A stretch of DNA of 64,000 nucleotides. Source: Dicyema japonicum. Lineage: Eukaryota > Animalia > Dicyemida. The translations under genes were made by a program, and so were the position numbers. Positions 52,758-64,000 of this stretch are shown here, piece after piece. Below the pieces are notes generated by a model, which saw only the letters and a program-made list of their open reading frames with translations, was not told the origin of the DNA and ran no database searches. Position 1 is the first letter of the stretch. Every line of letters starts with the position of its first letter. The DNA lies in contig RDEW01000014.1 in NCBI GenBank assembly GCA_011109175.1, forward strand, positions 620,001 to 684,000, given 5' to 3'.

Positions 52758-54094
52758 ATGAACGAAATGTATTTAATATTAATTTAATCCAAGTGGAGAC
52801 GACGGAACTAGTTTTTATAGGGGAAAGAGGACCCCTGTTAAGAGAACATGTCGGACCTCAATTCCTAATAAATTGGACGTTTCTATCAGTCTGTGGTCTA
52901 TTTTGTCAAAATGTATTGAAATGGACCTCACAAGAATTTCTTTTCCAGTCAATTACAGCGAGCCAATTTCTCTCTTGCAACGAATTACAGAACAGCTTGA
53001 GTACTCACAGCTGCTTGACCAGGCCGCTTCACATTCAAGGAATCCGATTATGGAGATGGCTTACATATGTGCCCTTATAGTTTCTGCTTATTCCACCACC
53101 AAGCATCGCTTTGCTAAACCCTTTAATCCGATGCTTGGCGAAACTTATGAATTGGACCTCCTTTTTGAGCAAGGATGGAGGACAATCGCAGAGCAGGTCA
53201 TTTCTACCAACATTTTAGGTCTCACATCATCCCCCCACGATGGCTCAACATACTCAGAGTACCGACTGGCTATATTACCACGATTTAACGATTAGCAATA
53301 AATTTCGTGGAAAATATATCAAAACAGTCCCGAGTGGTAAAATTACATATTTTAGTTCACCAGGACTTTGTGTAGTTCAATTCCGTGAAAGTGGAAATAC
53401 TTACTCATGGCAACGACTCCCAATATTTGTGAATAACGTGATCATCGGTAAGTTGTGGGTGGAAAACCGCGGGGACATTCATGTAGTTAACCATACGACG
53501 GGACATTACTGTACTCTTAAATTCCACTCCACAGCATATTTTTCTTTTCAGATTAACCGCACTGTAGACTTCTTTATTCAGCTAAGGTCACTGGGGAAAT
53601 TAATGATTCTAAAGGAAAGACCTGTCTTGGACTTAGAGGAGAGTGGCACTCCCACATGGATATGATCGAGTCTAATGGCCAAACCAAACGGTTGTGGACC
53701 GCCGAAAAATACCCGTATTTACTTTTATGAGACGTTGAGATGAAAATGAAGAGAAATACCGCTTTTCTACCTTTGCCATGCAACTCAATGCTGAAGAAGA
53801 CCTCGTGGCACCTACGGATAGTCGTTTGAGGCCGGATCAACGCAGCATGGAGGAAGGGAACTGGGATTGTGCAAACCACCTCAAAATCAATTTAGAAGAA
53901 AAGCAGAGGTCAAAAAGAAAAAATCCCAATGGTAAGGATTTGGTCTTCTATCTGTAGGAGAGAAATCTGGTCCACTTTGGTTTAAATTTATTAAGGATGA
54001 AGCGACTGGACAATTCATGTATCGGTATGTAGGTGGTTACTGGACTTGCAAAAATAAAAGGGATTGGTCACTTTGTCCTGATATATTTTTGTGA
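52758..54094 (+). CDS. OSBP: Oxysterol-binding protein, ligand-binding (ORD) domain only; 6 tiny introns
   Basis: SLWSILSKCIEMDLTRISFPVNYSEPISLLQR, KPFNPMLGETYE, EQVSHHPP signature across an intron, PTDSRLRPDQR, LEEKQR, WSLCPDIF. Confidence 0.92.
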
Positions 54095-55399
54095 TTTATT
54101 TATTAATTGCTCCGGAGGGCCGTCAAATTGGTATTTGCATACCTGCGATGTGGACATCATCTCTGACTGTAGGAGTTGTTCGGGGTCTCTTTGCTTGACA
54201 TAACCAGGAGCTTTGCACAGAATTATCGAAAGATCGTCCTGAAAAGGCAGCCGGGAACACGATTAGTCCCTTAGGAAGAAGTGGTCCGAAATGAGTTGAG
54301 TTAAGGTCCTCCTTGTCCCTTTGTAGAACGTGCACTCCGAGACATCTACCATGGGAGAGGGCAATCTAGTATCTTGTTCCAATTTAACCTATGGATAGCC
54401 TTTGCTGATATGTGGTCATTTATAATTTTTGTCTTAAATTTTCCGTAAGATGGATGGGGATCTTCGCCAGTTCCGGATACAAGTTCGTTATAATGTGAAC
54501 AATTTCCTGATGTTTTGAATGAGTCAGAGAGTTGCAAGGGTAGTTAGGATCCGTAGTTTTAATAAAAACTGTAGGTTCTTCATGCGTAGACGGTCATCCA
54601 GAAGGTAGTGCTATCGATTGATTTTTCTCTTAATATCTTCGAACATGCATGGACTAGATGGAGAACAAACTAAGTAAATAAAATGACAGAAATTGATTAA
54701 TAGTTAACAAATAGAGACCCCAAATATCTAAAGAATGAGAAATTGGAGCCGACGACAACTGGCTAAAAATCTAGTGGAGGCCGTCGTATTTTCTTAATTT
54801 AGAGTTTTTGAATGCTCGTAAAATTTAGACGGAATCCGATAACTTTGAATAAGAAAAAGTGTCTGTGCAAGCCCCATCCAGATCAGGCAGTTCCAAAAAG
54901 AAGGAAAGACCGTAATGCAATTGAAACGTTTTCCATCTACTCGTTCCAGGTCCACTGGTTCCAGAATCGAAGATAATCCAGCTGCTTCAAGAGAGTGTTT
55001 CACAACCTCGTTAATGGAGTCATGTCAAAGGATTCCTTTTTGAAAATGTGACAGCCTTTCCAGCAGATTCTACATGATGTTGTTGTAGAGACAACATGCT
55101 CCAATCGATCTTTCTTGAAATCTCTGGGGTAAAGGATTTTTAAAGAGACTGAGGATCGTCGGGAAATTGAATGGCTTTCCCAAAATTTTTTTCTGGGAGT
55201 TGTCATGGGAAACATCCACTCCTATTAATTTTTTATATTGTTAACTATCCAATGTGATTAAAAAAAGTTAACAAGATTGTCTTATTTTTGGGCTTTTTTT
55301 GTTTTGTTTATCGTCCAAAATTTCGCCAACAAAATGAAGTTCTATTTGTAGTTTTTGGATTTATTTAAAAAAATGTCATTTATGTTCAAGAGATCTCCG

Positions 55400-55990
55400 C
55401 AAAAGTAGCTGGTTATTCTGGGAAGTTTCTTTAGCGTCGCTTTAGAATGAGGCGTGCCACTAGTAGTCTGTGGTCACTCGAGGTTATCATGCCACTGTAC
55501 GTAAGGGAGTCCGTGAGTAACCCCATCTGTGTTTGGCTGCATAGTATGTAGTCGATTTGGTTAAATATATGGACTCGATTTCCACAGGAGTCTCTCCTCT
55601 GCCCTGTCCACGTTGTAATATGTCGAGCTGAATGTAGGAACGCCGTGTTACAAAGGAATAGTCCGAATGTATAAAGGCTTCCCCAGACAGATTTCTGATC
55701 CCTCGGGCGTGCCTGCCCAGGCAGTTCGATTCTTCCCGCTTTTTTCCCACTTTTTTAATTCCAGTCTCCCGCTATGAAGAGCATGTAGGAGCTTGACAGG
55801 GAGGAGTAAGCCGATGATAAGGAGGAGTAGAAATTGTCAAGTTCCTCTGCGTTGGCGGATACCCTCATTGTGGTCGGTGCGTATACGCTGATTATCGATA
55901 CGGTTGTTTTGCGATTGTTTCCAAGGAGTAGTTGGAGGATGGCAATTCTGTCGTTGATGCTCCATGTTCTATGAGCCACCAAACCGAGTT
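55400..55990 (-). mobile_element. RTE-clade APE endonuclease fragment
   Basis: WSINDRIAIL, ISVYAPT, FIAGDWN, CLGRHARGIRN. Confidence 0.8.
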
Positions 55991-56073
55991 GTACACATTT
56001 TGTGTTATTACAAAGAAAGTAATAGAACTAAACTCTTAAACAAGTCACATTGTATTCAACAAAAGTCTTAAAA

Positions 56074-58545
56074 TTAACATATAAACAAATGTGGAGAATG
56101 TTGAGGAAGTTCATCAGTAACTTGCATATATACAGCTGCAAAGCTATCACGAAGCATGGCATTATTCCGTTCATCATACAAAGATGCAAGTTTAAAAATA
56201 ATTTCTTCACACAAAAGTGGATCCACCACTGTCAGAATAAGCCTTTTGAGTTCATTCTCATCAAAATTCACTGAAATCAAAAAATGAACAAACCGTCACA
56301 GTCTGCAGAGAGAATCTTGAAAATGGCGACATAACGCAATTTCCCCAAAACATAGAGAGGGTGCTTGACAGAAGTCAAAATATTATAGGCAGTCTCATAC
56401 TCACCAAGACGAATCTAGCTATTAGACAAACCAAAACATGACAGTAAGCCAGACATAGCTTAGATTCAATGCAAAGTTCAGTAAAGCACGAGCTTGTACA
56501 GCGTGAGGCTAATTTCTGACACTCAAATAAGGCTAGAGGAAAGGACTCGCAGCAAATATTCAGCTTACATAGCAATAACTGAGTTCTCAACCGAAGTGAA
56601 GTAGAGACAACGGGGTTTGCGTAGTCCTTGTCGAGCAAAGACAACACTTTCTGACAAATAGTTTTCCCAGAATTATAGAATCCGTCGTATAGAGTCAATT
56701 CGGCCTGTTTGAGCAATCCCTCATATTTATTTTCATAGTATATTTGGTTAGCCAATAGTTTTGACTGAGCATAGTCGAGTCTGCGTATGGCATATGTAAA
56801 TTTCACGGACAGATGATGCAAAATTTGCTGATTTTTCATACCCAAACAGAGTTCTTTGGAATATAAGTAAAATTCGTCAATCAATTTCATCATATCGACC
56901 TCTCCCTGAATAAAGGACACAGTCAAGTCTCTATCGCTTAAGGCAATATCGATGCTTTGTTTGGTGAAAAATTCGTGCAAATTTGAAATAAAGTTCCAGG
57001 CTCCAATATCTAATCTTGACACTTGGAGGATCTCCTCGTTCAAAAAAAGGGAGATTAAAGCCAATGCGTTTACTTCGGCATCTTCAAAGGAAACAGCGCT
57101 GACATCCGGGCTAATTTTGATCCATCTTTCTGACAGAAGAAGTCCAATGCCAGAAAAAAAGCCCAAAGAACTACAAGTTAGTCACCGAGACAACCGATAT
57201 CCAGAAAGATTGAAAAATGACGCAATTTGGAGCAAACATGTATCCACATCACCTGTCTTCATAATTCTGAAATATGCAAGAGAGATCATGTCACAAAAAA
57301 TACTAAATTTAAAATTCATCATACTCAATAGTATCAAACTCCTCCTTAGTAATCTTCTGCTGTAAGGCTGTGCCCCTAATGTTAGACTTTAGATTCTAGA
57401 ATAACCAAATACAGAGACATTTAGCATAATACTCTCCTTTTTAGAGGACTTTGAGTCAATCAGCTTGATTTCTGAGGAAAAGTCGTCCTTTTTTATTCCC
57501 ATGATTTTATACCACCAAGACTATGGTTATGGGGACAGTAAACCAAGACAAAATAAACCGCCGACTCGTCTCCTAGGTGGTGAGCCATTTCCATAGCCGA
57601 GTCCAGATAGGACTCTAAGTTCGAATGTCTAATCTCAAATAAACGCCAAACCCCAAAAGATATCGTTGTGCAAGCAAGATTAGTGGGGAATACTTGAATT
57701 CAGCATCGCAACTGGAAATCTCATTGAAGTGATGGGACTTTGAAAGCTTCTTACCACTGACTGTCTTCATTATTAGGTCCTGGGAGCGCACATTCTCTCC
57801 ATTTCTGACATCTAGTATCACTTTGAGCCATTCCTGCCATATTTATAAAGACTGACCATAGGATATGTCTCGAAGCCCTGAGTAGAGTAAAAGTCAAAAG
57901 CTTTCTGTAATTCTCCACTCTTCATGACCTTGGAAGGGCAGCTTTTCATCAAAATTAACTGACATCAACTCAAAAAATACCTGTTCGTTGACAAAACGTT
58001 TTGGATTGGGAAATAAGCGTGGTACCGAACTACATGACATTTTCAAGTCACTTACGGCCTTTCCAAAACTAGTGAAATCGAACCCATGGCAGTGATATAT
58101 TATTTTCGAGTGAATAACGTATGCGATGAACTCTAAATTGGATTCAATGGCTTACCGATGGGAGGGATCTTAGGACTAAACTCATAATTGTAGGATTCAG
58201 GGAAGATTTTGAGATAATTGCTCACATATTTAAGCGAAACTTCCCAGGCATGTACGTGAGACTCTAAATCGAGATAGAAGAGTTCAAAGACATTCTCTGT
58301 TGTTCTTTCCTTGATAAACGTAAGGCAGCTCTCGACTGTAGCCAAAGGTTTCTAAGAATTTTGAAGAGAATTACTATGAATAGACGGAATATTGTCTTCA
58401 GTAATAGGGTGTATTCGTATTGGGAGAGGTCAATTTCGTTAGTGGCTGTACCTCTCAAGTAAAATTCCAACAAATATGCTATAATACAAGCACAAGTCGT
58501 ATTATCGGGGGAATTTATAGAGAATCCATTACCACCACTATACAT
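56074..58545 (-). CDS. ANAPC5: Anaphase-promoting complex subunit 5, divergent, about 11 tiny introns
   Basis: Continuous spliced frame; FKYSPLILLAQRYLLGH...LDSAMEMAHHLGDESAVYFVLSW resembles the Apc5 YAALNLA..HCRFGH...LQEAIRIAQE.ND...L.W motif; TPR-like helical C-terminus. Confidence 0.65.
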
Positions 58546-59354
58546 TCCTTATGAAATTTTTTACAATTGCTATTTTATATTAAAAATATATTTAATTCAA
58601 AATTTTATTAAAGTTTTATTAATTAAAACGTTATGGGTTAGTCAGGTTCTTACTTTTTAAATAAAATGTGAGTTCCGCCTAAGGTGAGGTTTAAGTAATA
58701 TAAACATTACTCCTTGGCGGCAGGGCTGTTATATATATTAGGCGATACGTGCTTCGTCATAAAAAAGTGACTATCCTTCCTAGGTGGAATAGTTAAGTGG
58801 AAGTTATTTTTATTTTATAATTCTATAAATAAGTTTTTTATTTGAAACATGAGATTCACATTAAAAATTAAAAAAATAAATTCTTGAGATCAGATTATAT
58901 CTGGAACTTTGCCAGGATACGAGAAGGAACCTTCCCCTTTGTGAGTGTTAATCCAGGATTCCAAAACTAACAGCAGGAGGAAACTTGGTATGTACATCGG
59001 AACACGGAAATGAGACCCCAGAACGACTTAATGCTCTTGCAGAACATTGAGTTTCATCTTTAAAGCAGACGGCGCTGCTCTTCTTTAGATAGAGGTAGCC
59101 ACATTTCAGCATCAAAATCAATTTATTTAGTTCTTTAGTTAATTTTTTTTCCACGGCTTATATAAGTTTCTCCATTATGGACCAGATGGGATCGAACTAC
59201 GTCATTAGTGGATACGGTTCTGATTCTTTTGAGTTGACTAAAAGGGGGACGAGAAATTATAAGTAGATGGAGATATTAAGCGTAATAAAGCCACTTCGTT
59301 AGCTCAATCTTTCGATTAGATAACAACTTGATTAACTGGCTATTTTCTGAATCA

Positions 59355-59740
59355 TTTATTTTAAACCTCGGGATCACAACACCAATTACAACCTAAGGAA
59401 AATACGGAAAAAACGTTTAATAGCTCTTACTTATTCTAAAGGATTCTCCATTAAGGAAAACTTGGTTCTTGAAAAAAAACGGTTGAGGATTTTGTACCTG
59501 TTTCTGTATTCCCTCTCTACAAATCCATCGAAAATGAAAAAAATAAACAGTTCTTATCACTGTGGGAACCCTGCAATGAAGTGATGGAGGTCGAATGATC
59601 TTTTTTGGGCGTCGCCTGAGACAGAATGATCACAAGAACGCTACTTAAGTAGAAAAAGAATAGAGAAAACGAAAAAAACTATCAACCAAGTAATCAGGGG
59701 GAATCGAACCTAGGAGAATTATTATCATAACCAGTTAGTT
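59355..59740 (-). mobile_element. SINE family B copy
   Basis: ggttcgattccc B-box, gtgatc..tgtct..gcgacgccc, cattgcagggtt, tail gtgatcccgaggtttaaaataaat. Confidence 0.6.
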
Positions 59741-59768
59741 ATCTGATATCCGTTTTGAAAAAATAATA

Positions 59769-59848
59769 CAGTACGACCCCGCCCCAATAGAAAAGTGCCC
59801 CAAAACAGAGGGTGCCCCAGAGGGTTTTATTGGGGCGGGGTCGTACTG
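59769..59848. mobile_element. 80-bp MITE (pogo/Tc1-type)
   Basis: Perfect 21-bp TIR cagtacgaccccgccccaata flanked by TA. Confidence 0.9.
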
Positions 59849-59867
59849 TAGTTTCATGTTTCGTTAT

Positions 59868-60359
59868 TTTTATTTATTTAACCCAAGACCACGGTAAAAC
59901 AAAATTAATTATCACGTGATCCCGATGCATTCTAACAGAGACCTCATCTTGCCCGGTGTTCTTCCTTCGTGCCCGCGCATGAACGTACAGGACTGTCAGA
60001 ATTTTCAGGGCCAACTTCCCGTGATCTGGAGTCTAGTCTCATAAGGGCCTCCAGAGACGTAGGTCCGGGTCGATGATCTTCACAAATCCAACGCTCCGTT
60101 ACTCTGTAAACCATCTTTTGCATTTCCTCAAGTATCATCATATTTCCTATCCTCATATTTGTCCAAGATATGGACGGTCCCCACGAGGCGCATGCATATG
60201 AAAAACATGGCTCGATGTATTGTTGGTATACGTTCATCAAGACTGGGTGAATACCACTCTTCCATATTCCCGATAAACTTTTCAATACGTTCAGTTTCTT
60301 CTCGCATTTCAATAGAATGTTTTCTACGTGAGGTGTTAAACAGAGATGCATATCAATTG
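59868..60359 (-). mobile_element. 5'-truncated copy of the 17112-19969 Vingi/Ingi-like family
   Basis: HPVLMNVYQQYIEPCFSYACASWGPS; same tail; 14-bp TSD tcatgtttcgttat (59854-59867, 60360-60373). Confidence 0.88.
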
Positions 60360-60461
60360 TCATGTTTCGTTATGAAACAAAAACAAATAAAGTTTAATTA
60401 TTATAATTTTAATCATCAAATGAATTAAAATAATTTACTATTTAAAATTTAAAAATAAGCA

Positions 60462-61433
60462 ATGGTTTGTGGCAATGGTTTTTAATAATTTTTAGGCCAG
60501 AAATGCAGAAAAAGCTAGGTAAGTTTATTTTAATCAAGTAAAGGACAATTCTTGCGAGATGGAGGGCTGTTCATGTGGAGAAAATTGTCCTGGTAGATTA
60601 TTCATTCACCAATAGGAACAAAAACCCGACAAAGTCACTGACTGCAAAAACTTGAAGAACGCCCTTCACTTTCGCAGAAGACTAGTCAACGACATCGGTA
60701 AAAAGGTCACGGAAATTCAGAACGGTGGTTTTCTTACGTAATTTTAGCCGGATTGGGTGACTTTAAGCTCAGAGACCTCAATGATGAAATAAACAAGCTT
60801 CTCCGTGAAAAACGTCGCTGGGAAGACCAAATAGTCCTTTTGGGAGGGCCAAACCATAAGATCCTTGATTCTAAGAAGGATGGCTATGAGCCACAGGGTG
60901 TCCGAGGCTATAAGTACCGAATTATCACATAGCAGGTATTTTGGCGCCGCGAGATTTCTTCCCGGAGTGAAGGAACTGTTTGAAAAGCCCAGCGAGCCTC
61001 CAGCTCAGAAACCACGTGTGCAGGCGATGCGGAATATAGAGTACTTTGGGTTCCGGGACGAGGATGATGGGTTGATTCTACCGCTTGAGGAGGAAGCTGA
61101 ACGAACACGTAATCCCTTCAAGTCACGTGTAGGTATAGCTGAGAAGATTTCGCAGCATAATGTAGGATTGCATGTGGCACAGGGAAGCACACGTGAGGTC
61201 AGTTTGGACTACTTGATTGAACTTGCAGAGGAGTACGACAGAGGTGAGGTTGAAGTTGTGCCAGAACCTGCTCCAGTTATTCCCACTCAGGCGGAGGTTG
61301 ATGTTTTATTGTATTTTAGGTTGAACGTGCGTTGATTGAGAGAAAGAAGAAGGAACTTTTGACTAAATATGCTTCTGATCTGCTTATTAGTGAGACGGAC
61401 GAGACTAAGAGGATGTTAGGTAGAGATGATTAG
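60462..61433 (+). CDS. ISY1: Pre-mRNA splicing factor ISY1, 7 tiny introns
   Basis: M|ARNAEKA, KKVTEIQNAGLGDFKLRDLNDEINKLLREKRRWE, RGYKYFGAARFLPGVKELFEK, YFGFRDEDDG, IPTQAEVERALIERKKKELLTKYAS. Confidence 0.96.
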
Positions 61434-61559
61434 TTTGACCTGTAAACTGTGATGTTTTTAATTAATTGTCATTTTTGTTATTTTTAGATTTAATTTGTTA
61501 AGTTTTGATATCTGGTAAGGACATTTGTGTTGGTAAATTACTATATTGACTTATGGTGA

Positions 61560-61830
61560 CCAGGTCTCAGCAAATGTTGCAATGGACAATTACTTCGCAT
61601 ACACAGGAGCCGGATTCCGCGGAAGGCCAAGAACGACACTTCCGACTATCTTGAACGAAGACCTATCGGCGGTTGGTATGAGACTAACTTCGGCGGACGA
61701 CCTGGACTATCTAAGAGAACTAACGCGCAGCAGAGGATCATGGTCGAGGCTGACGGAGAGGATGATTCGGAATACGGCACAAGGGAAACTTAACAATTTT
61801 ATGTTCTCTCGGGAGTGTTTTTTATTAATA
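61560..61830 (+). mobile_element. RTE 3' fragment
   Basis: ANVAMDNYF..GFRGRPRTTLP..DDLDYLR. Confidence 0.8.
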
Positions 61831-61838
61831 ACAACTTA

Positions 61839-62128
61839 TGGTGGCGCAATGCAACGAGTGCCGGGCAAAAGGCCTGATGGCCCTATTTCGAATCTCGCTG
61901 CTGTACAATCCGACTGAAGGTTCCACGCATCTGCTTTAACTTACCAGTGTCGTCGTCATAACTTAACATTTCACTGCGGAACCAGATTGTCTATAGAGGA
62001 CTCACACAACAAAAAGAAATGAAGAGCATTCCTTAGTTCTCTCTACTATAGTTATCATACTGTTCTTTACTTAAATCTTTGTCTGTCCTACTTGGGTTGA
62101 GCTTAGGTAATATGGCTCTGCGTAAAAT
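61839..62128 (+). mobile_element. Full-length SINE family A
   Basis: tggtggcgcaatgc head, ttcgaatctcgctgct, tail aatatggctctgcgtaaaa. Confidence 0.8.
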
Positions 62129-62439
62129 GAGTGATTATTATTGAACTTATTAAACTCTTAGGTCAGACTTTTATTACATTCAGCCAGAGAAGTTTGAATC
62201 GGCTAAGATGAATATTTTTCTATGCTGAGCGATTTTACTTTTGTCTGTTATGGCGAACATAGAATTTTGTACTCAAGGAATGGTTTGTATTTGTCAGGGT
62301 CAAAAATGGTCAGGTAGTTTAGTGATTAGGACTAGGTTAGATTCCACCGCTGGGTACTTTTTCGAATGTTTCTGCTAAATTGCCTTCCATAAAATATGTT
62401 TTCATTCTCAAGCCTGGCACATGGTAAATTCATCACTCC

Positions 62440-63560
62440 CTCGTTTAAAGGAGTCTAGAAAAAAGACCTTTTGGGGCCTGCTCTGTTCAGCCTTGGAATC
62501 GGCCTTGTAACAAGATGTTTTTCTACTTAGTTACACGTGTGGTATTTGGACGACTGCCCATGGGAGGACAACCTAATGTGTTCAGCCAACCAGCTTGAAA
62601 TACTTGATGCTCTCATAAAAGAGGGAGAAATGGACGATGCTCTTATCACAAGAGAACAACAATTAAAGTCAACGCACAGCTAGTAATTTAGACGCACATA
62701 CGTCCCTCTTCCTGCTGAAGAATACCCTGACAAAATCTAAACTGAACCATGTACTTTGTAATGTGCCTTGTTTCATGAGAATACGAAAGCTCGAATTGAT
62801 GTATTCACTTTTTCGTTCTACTACCGAACGTCTACCAACGTCACGTTCGACCATCAAGGGTAGATCCAGGCCGCTTCGGAGGTCTTGGCATTTGTTCCCC
62901 GACAGATATAGCACGCCCCGCATGCCTTTCTATATCCCAGCCAACCGTTGGTCAAGATGATTATTCATTTCCCCACCGAATCATCGACCAATGAAACAGA
63001 TTTTTCAGTTGCTTAACTACCAGAAGGGCTGCAAGTATCCGAAACTCAGATAAAATGGAAAGACGACTATAAAATCTGTCTGATCGCTGGGAGATTATAA
63101 GAAATCGGAGCATGGATTTGATGCCTTCCAGATTGGGAACATTGGCACTCATCTAGATGATGAGACGGTCCACATCGGGATCTCTATCCGTCAGGGGTTG
63201 AGAATATGTTAGGCTCACCATCGTCGATGCGGGTGAATTGTCGACAGTTACGGACATCACGCCCTCTCATGCAGAAGAAGATCTGGGAGGTTCCCGCAGC
63301 ACACTAACTTGAATGATGTTGTGAAACGCGCACTGGACTTTGCCGACGCCCTTCCATACTGGAACCCACTGGCCTGAACAAGGGAAAGCGATTGGACTGA
63401 GTAGCAATCTTTCTGTTCAAGGAGGGGAAACCGATAGTTTTGGATCCAACATGTGTCGACTCTGTCCCCTACCAACATCAACGGAAGCGCGGTAAAGACA
63501 CTTTCCAGCGCAGCGAGCTAAAGAAAAAAAGTATAGACTACTTCTCAACCGATAACCTTC
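62440..63560 (+). mobile_element. Decayed CRE-like element (RT end through endonuclease)
   Basis: Remnants of YLDDCP, GAWI..LP...GTHLDDET, HALSCRR, HTNLNDVVKRAL, DPTCVD. Confidence 0.7.
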
Positions 63561-64000
63561 CGTGTGATTTCTAAATTCGCAAATTTGAAAAAATATTAAT
63601 TCACAAATTGAATCAGATTATCTGTGGTTAATTGGTAGTAAGGTTGAGGTGATGTCACACTTCTATTGCGTAGAATATCTTCTTGGCTTCACGGATGAAA
63701 GAATACATCAGAAACCCGTAGTTCTGAACATAGGAATCGTTATATGCACGTAGGATCCGAATTCGAATTCCGCCCAACCCAAAATTGTATCAACTTGGAG
63801 GATCATCATTCAAGTCCCATGTATAGGATAATAGCTAAAATGATTCTATGCACGTTGCTCATGGAAGGATAATTTTTCAAATGTTAATGCTTTGTATTTG
63901 TTCGAGTACTACACTCGATAATGCACCACACAATTCTTAAAGGAAAAAGCTAACTACGGTAAAGACTACCGGAATGAATGTCATTTATTTAACCCCGAAT

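Overview
Eukaryotic, AT-rich window from a highly derived animal-like genome. Ten host genes can be rebuilt by hand once their ultra-short (21-27 nt) spliceosomal introns are removed: GINS4/SLD5, VPS15, a long-chain acyl-CoA ligase, a USP-family pseudo-deubiquitinase, a Tctex1-family dynein light chain, CIAPIN1/DRE2, LRRCC1, BMS1, an ORD-only OSBP, ANAPC5 and ISY1 (eleven counting the poorly bounded Tctex gene). Tiny dense introns plus centriolar/ciliary genes fit a dicyemid mesozoan-type genome (inference). Intergenic space is filled with nested transposons: RTE, Vingi/Ingi-like, CRE-like and R4-like non-LTR elements, two tRNA-derived SINE families whose tails match two different LINE families, hAT, Tc1/IS630 and pogo DNA transposons, MITEs, and an 18S rRNA fragment. 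The most interesting signal is that four of roughly 85-90 tiny introns appear to end in TG (three) or GG (one) instead of AG, suggesting a relaxed, distance-guided 3' splice site. Caveat: several genes also carry 1-nt homopolymer indels typical of long-read assembly error, so RNA-seq or short reads are needed. All homology calls are from motif recognition, not database searches.
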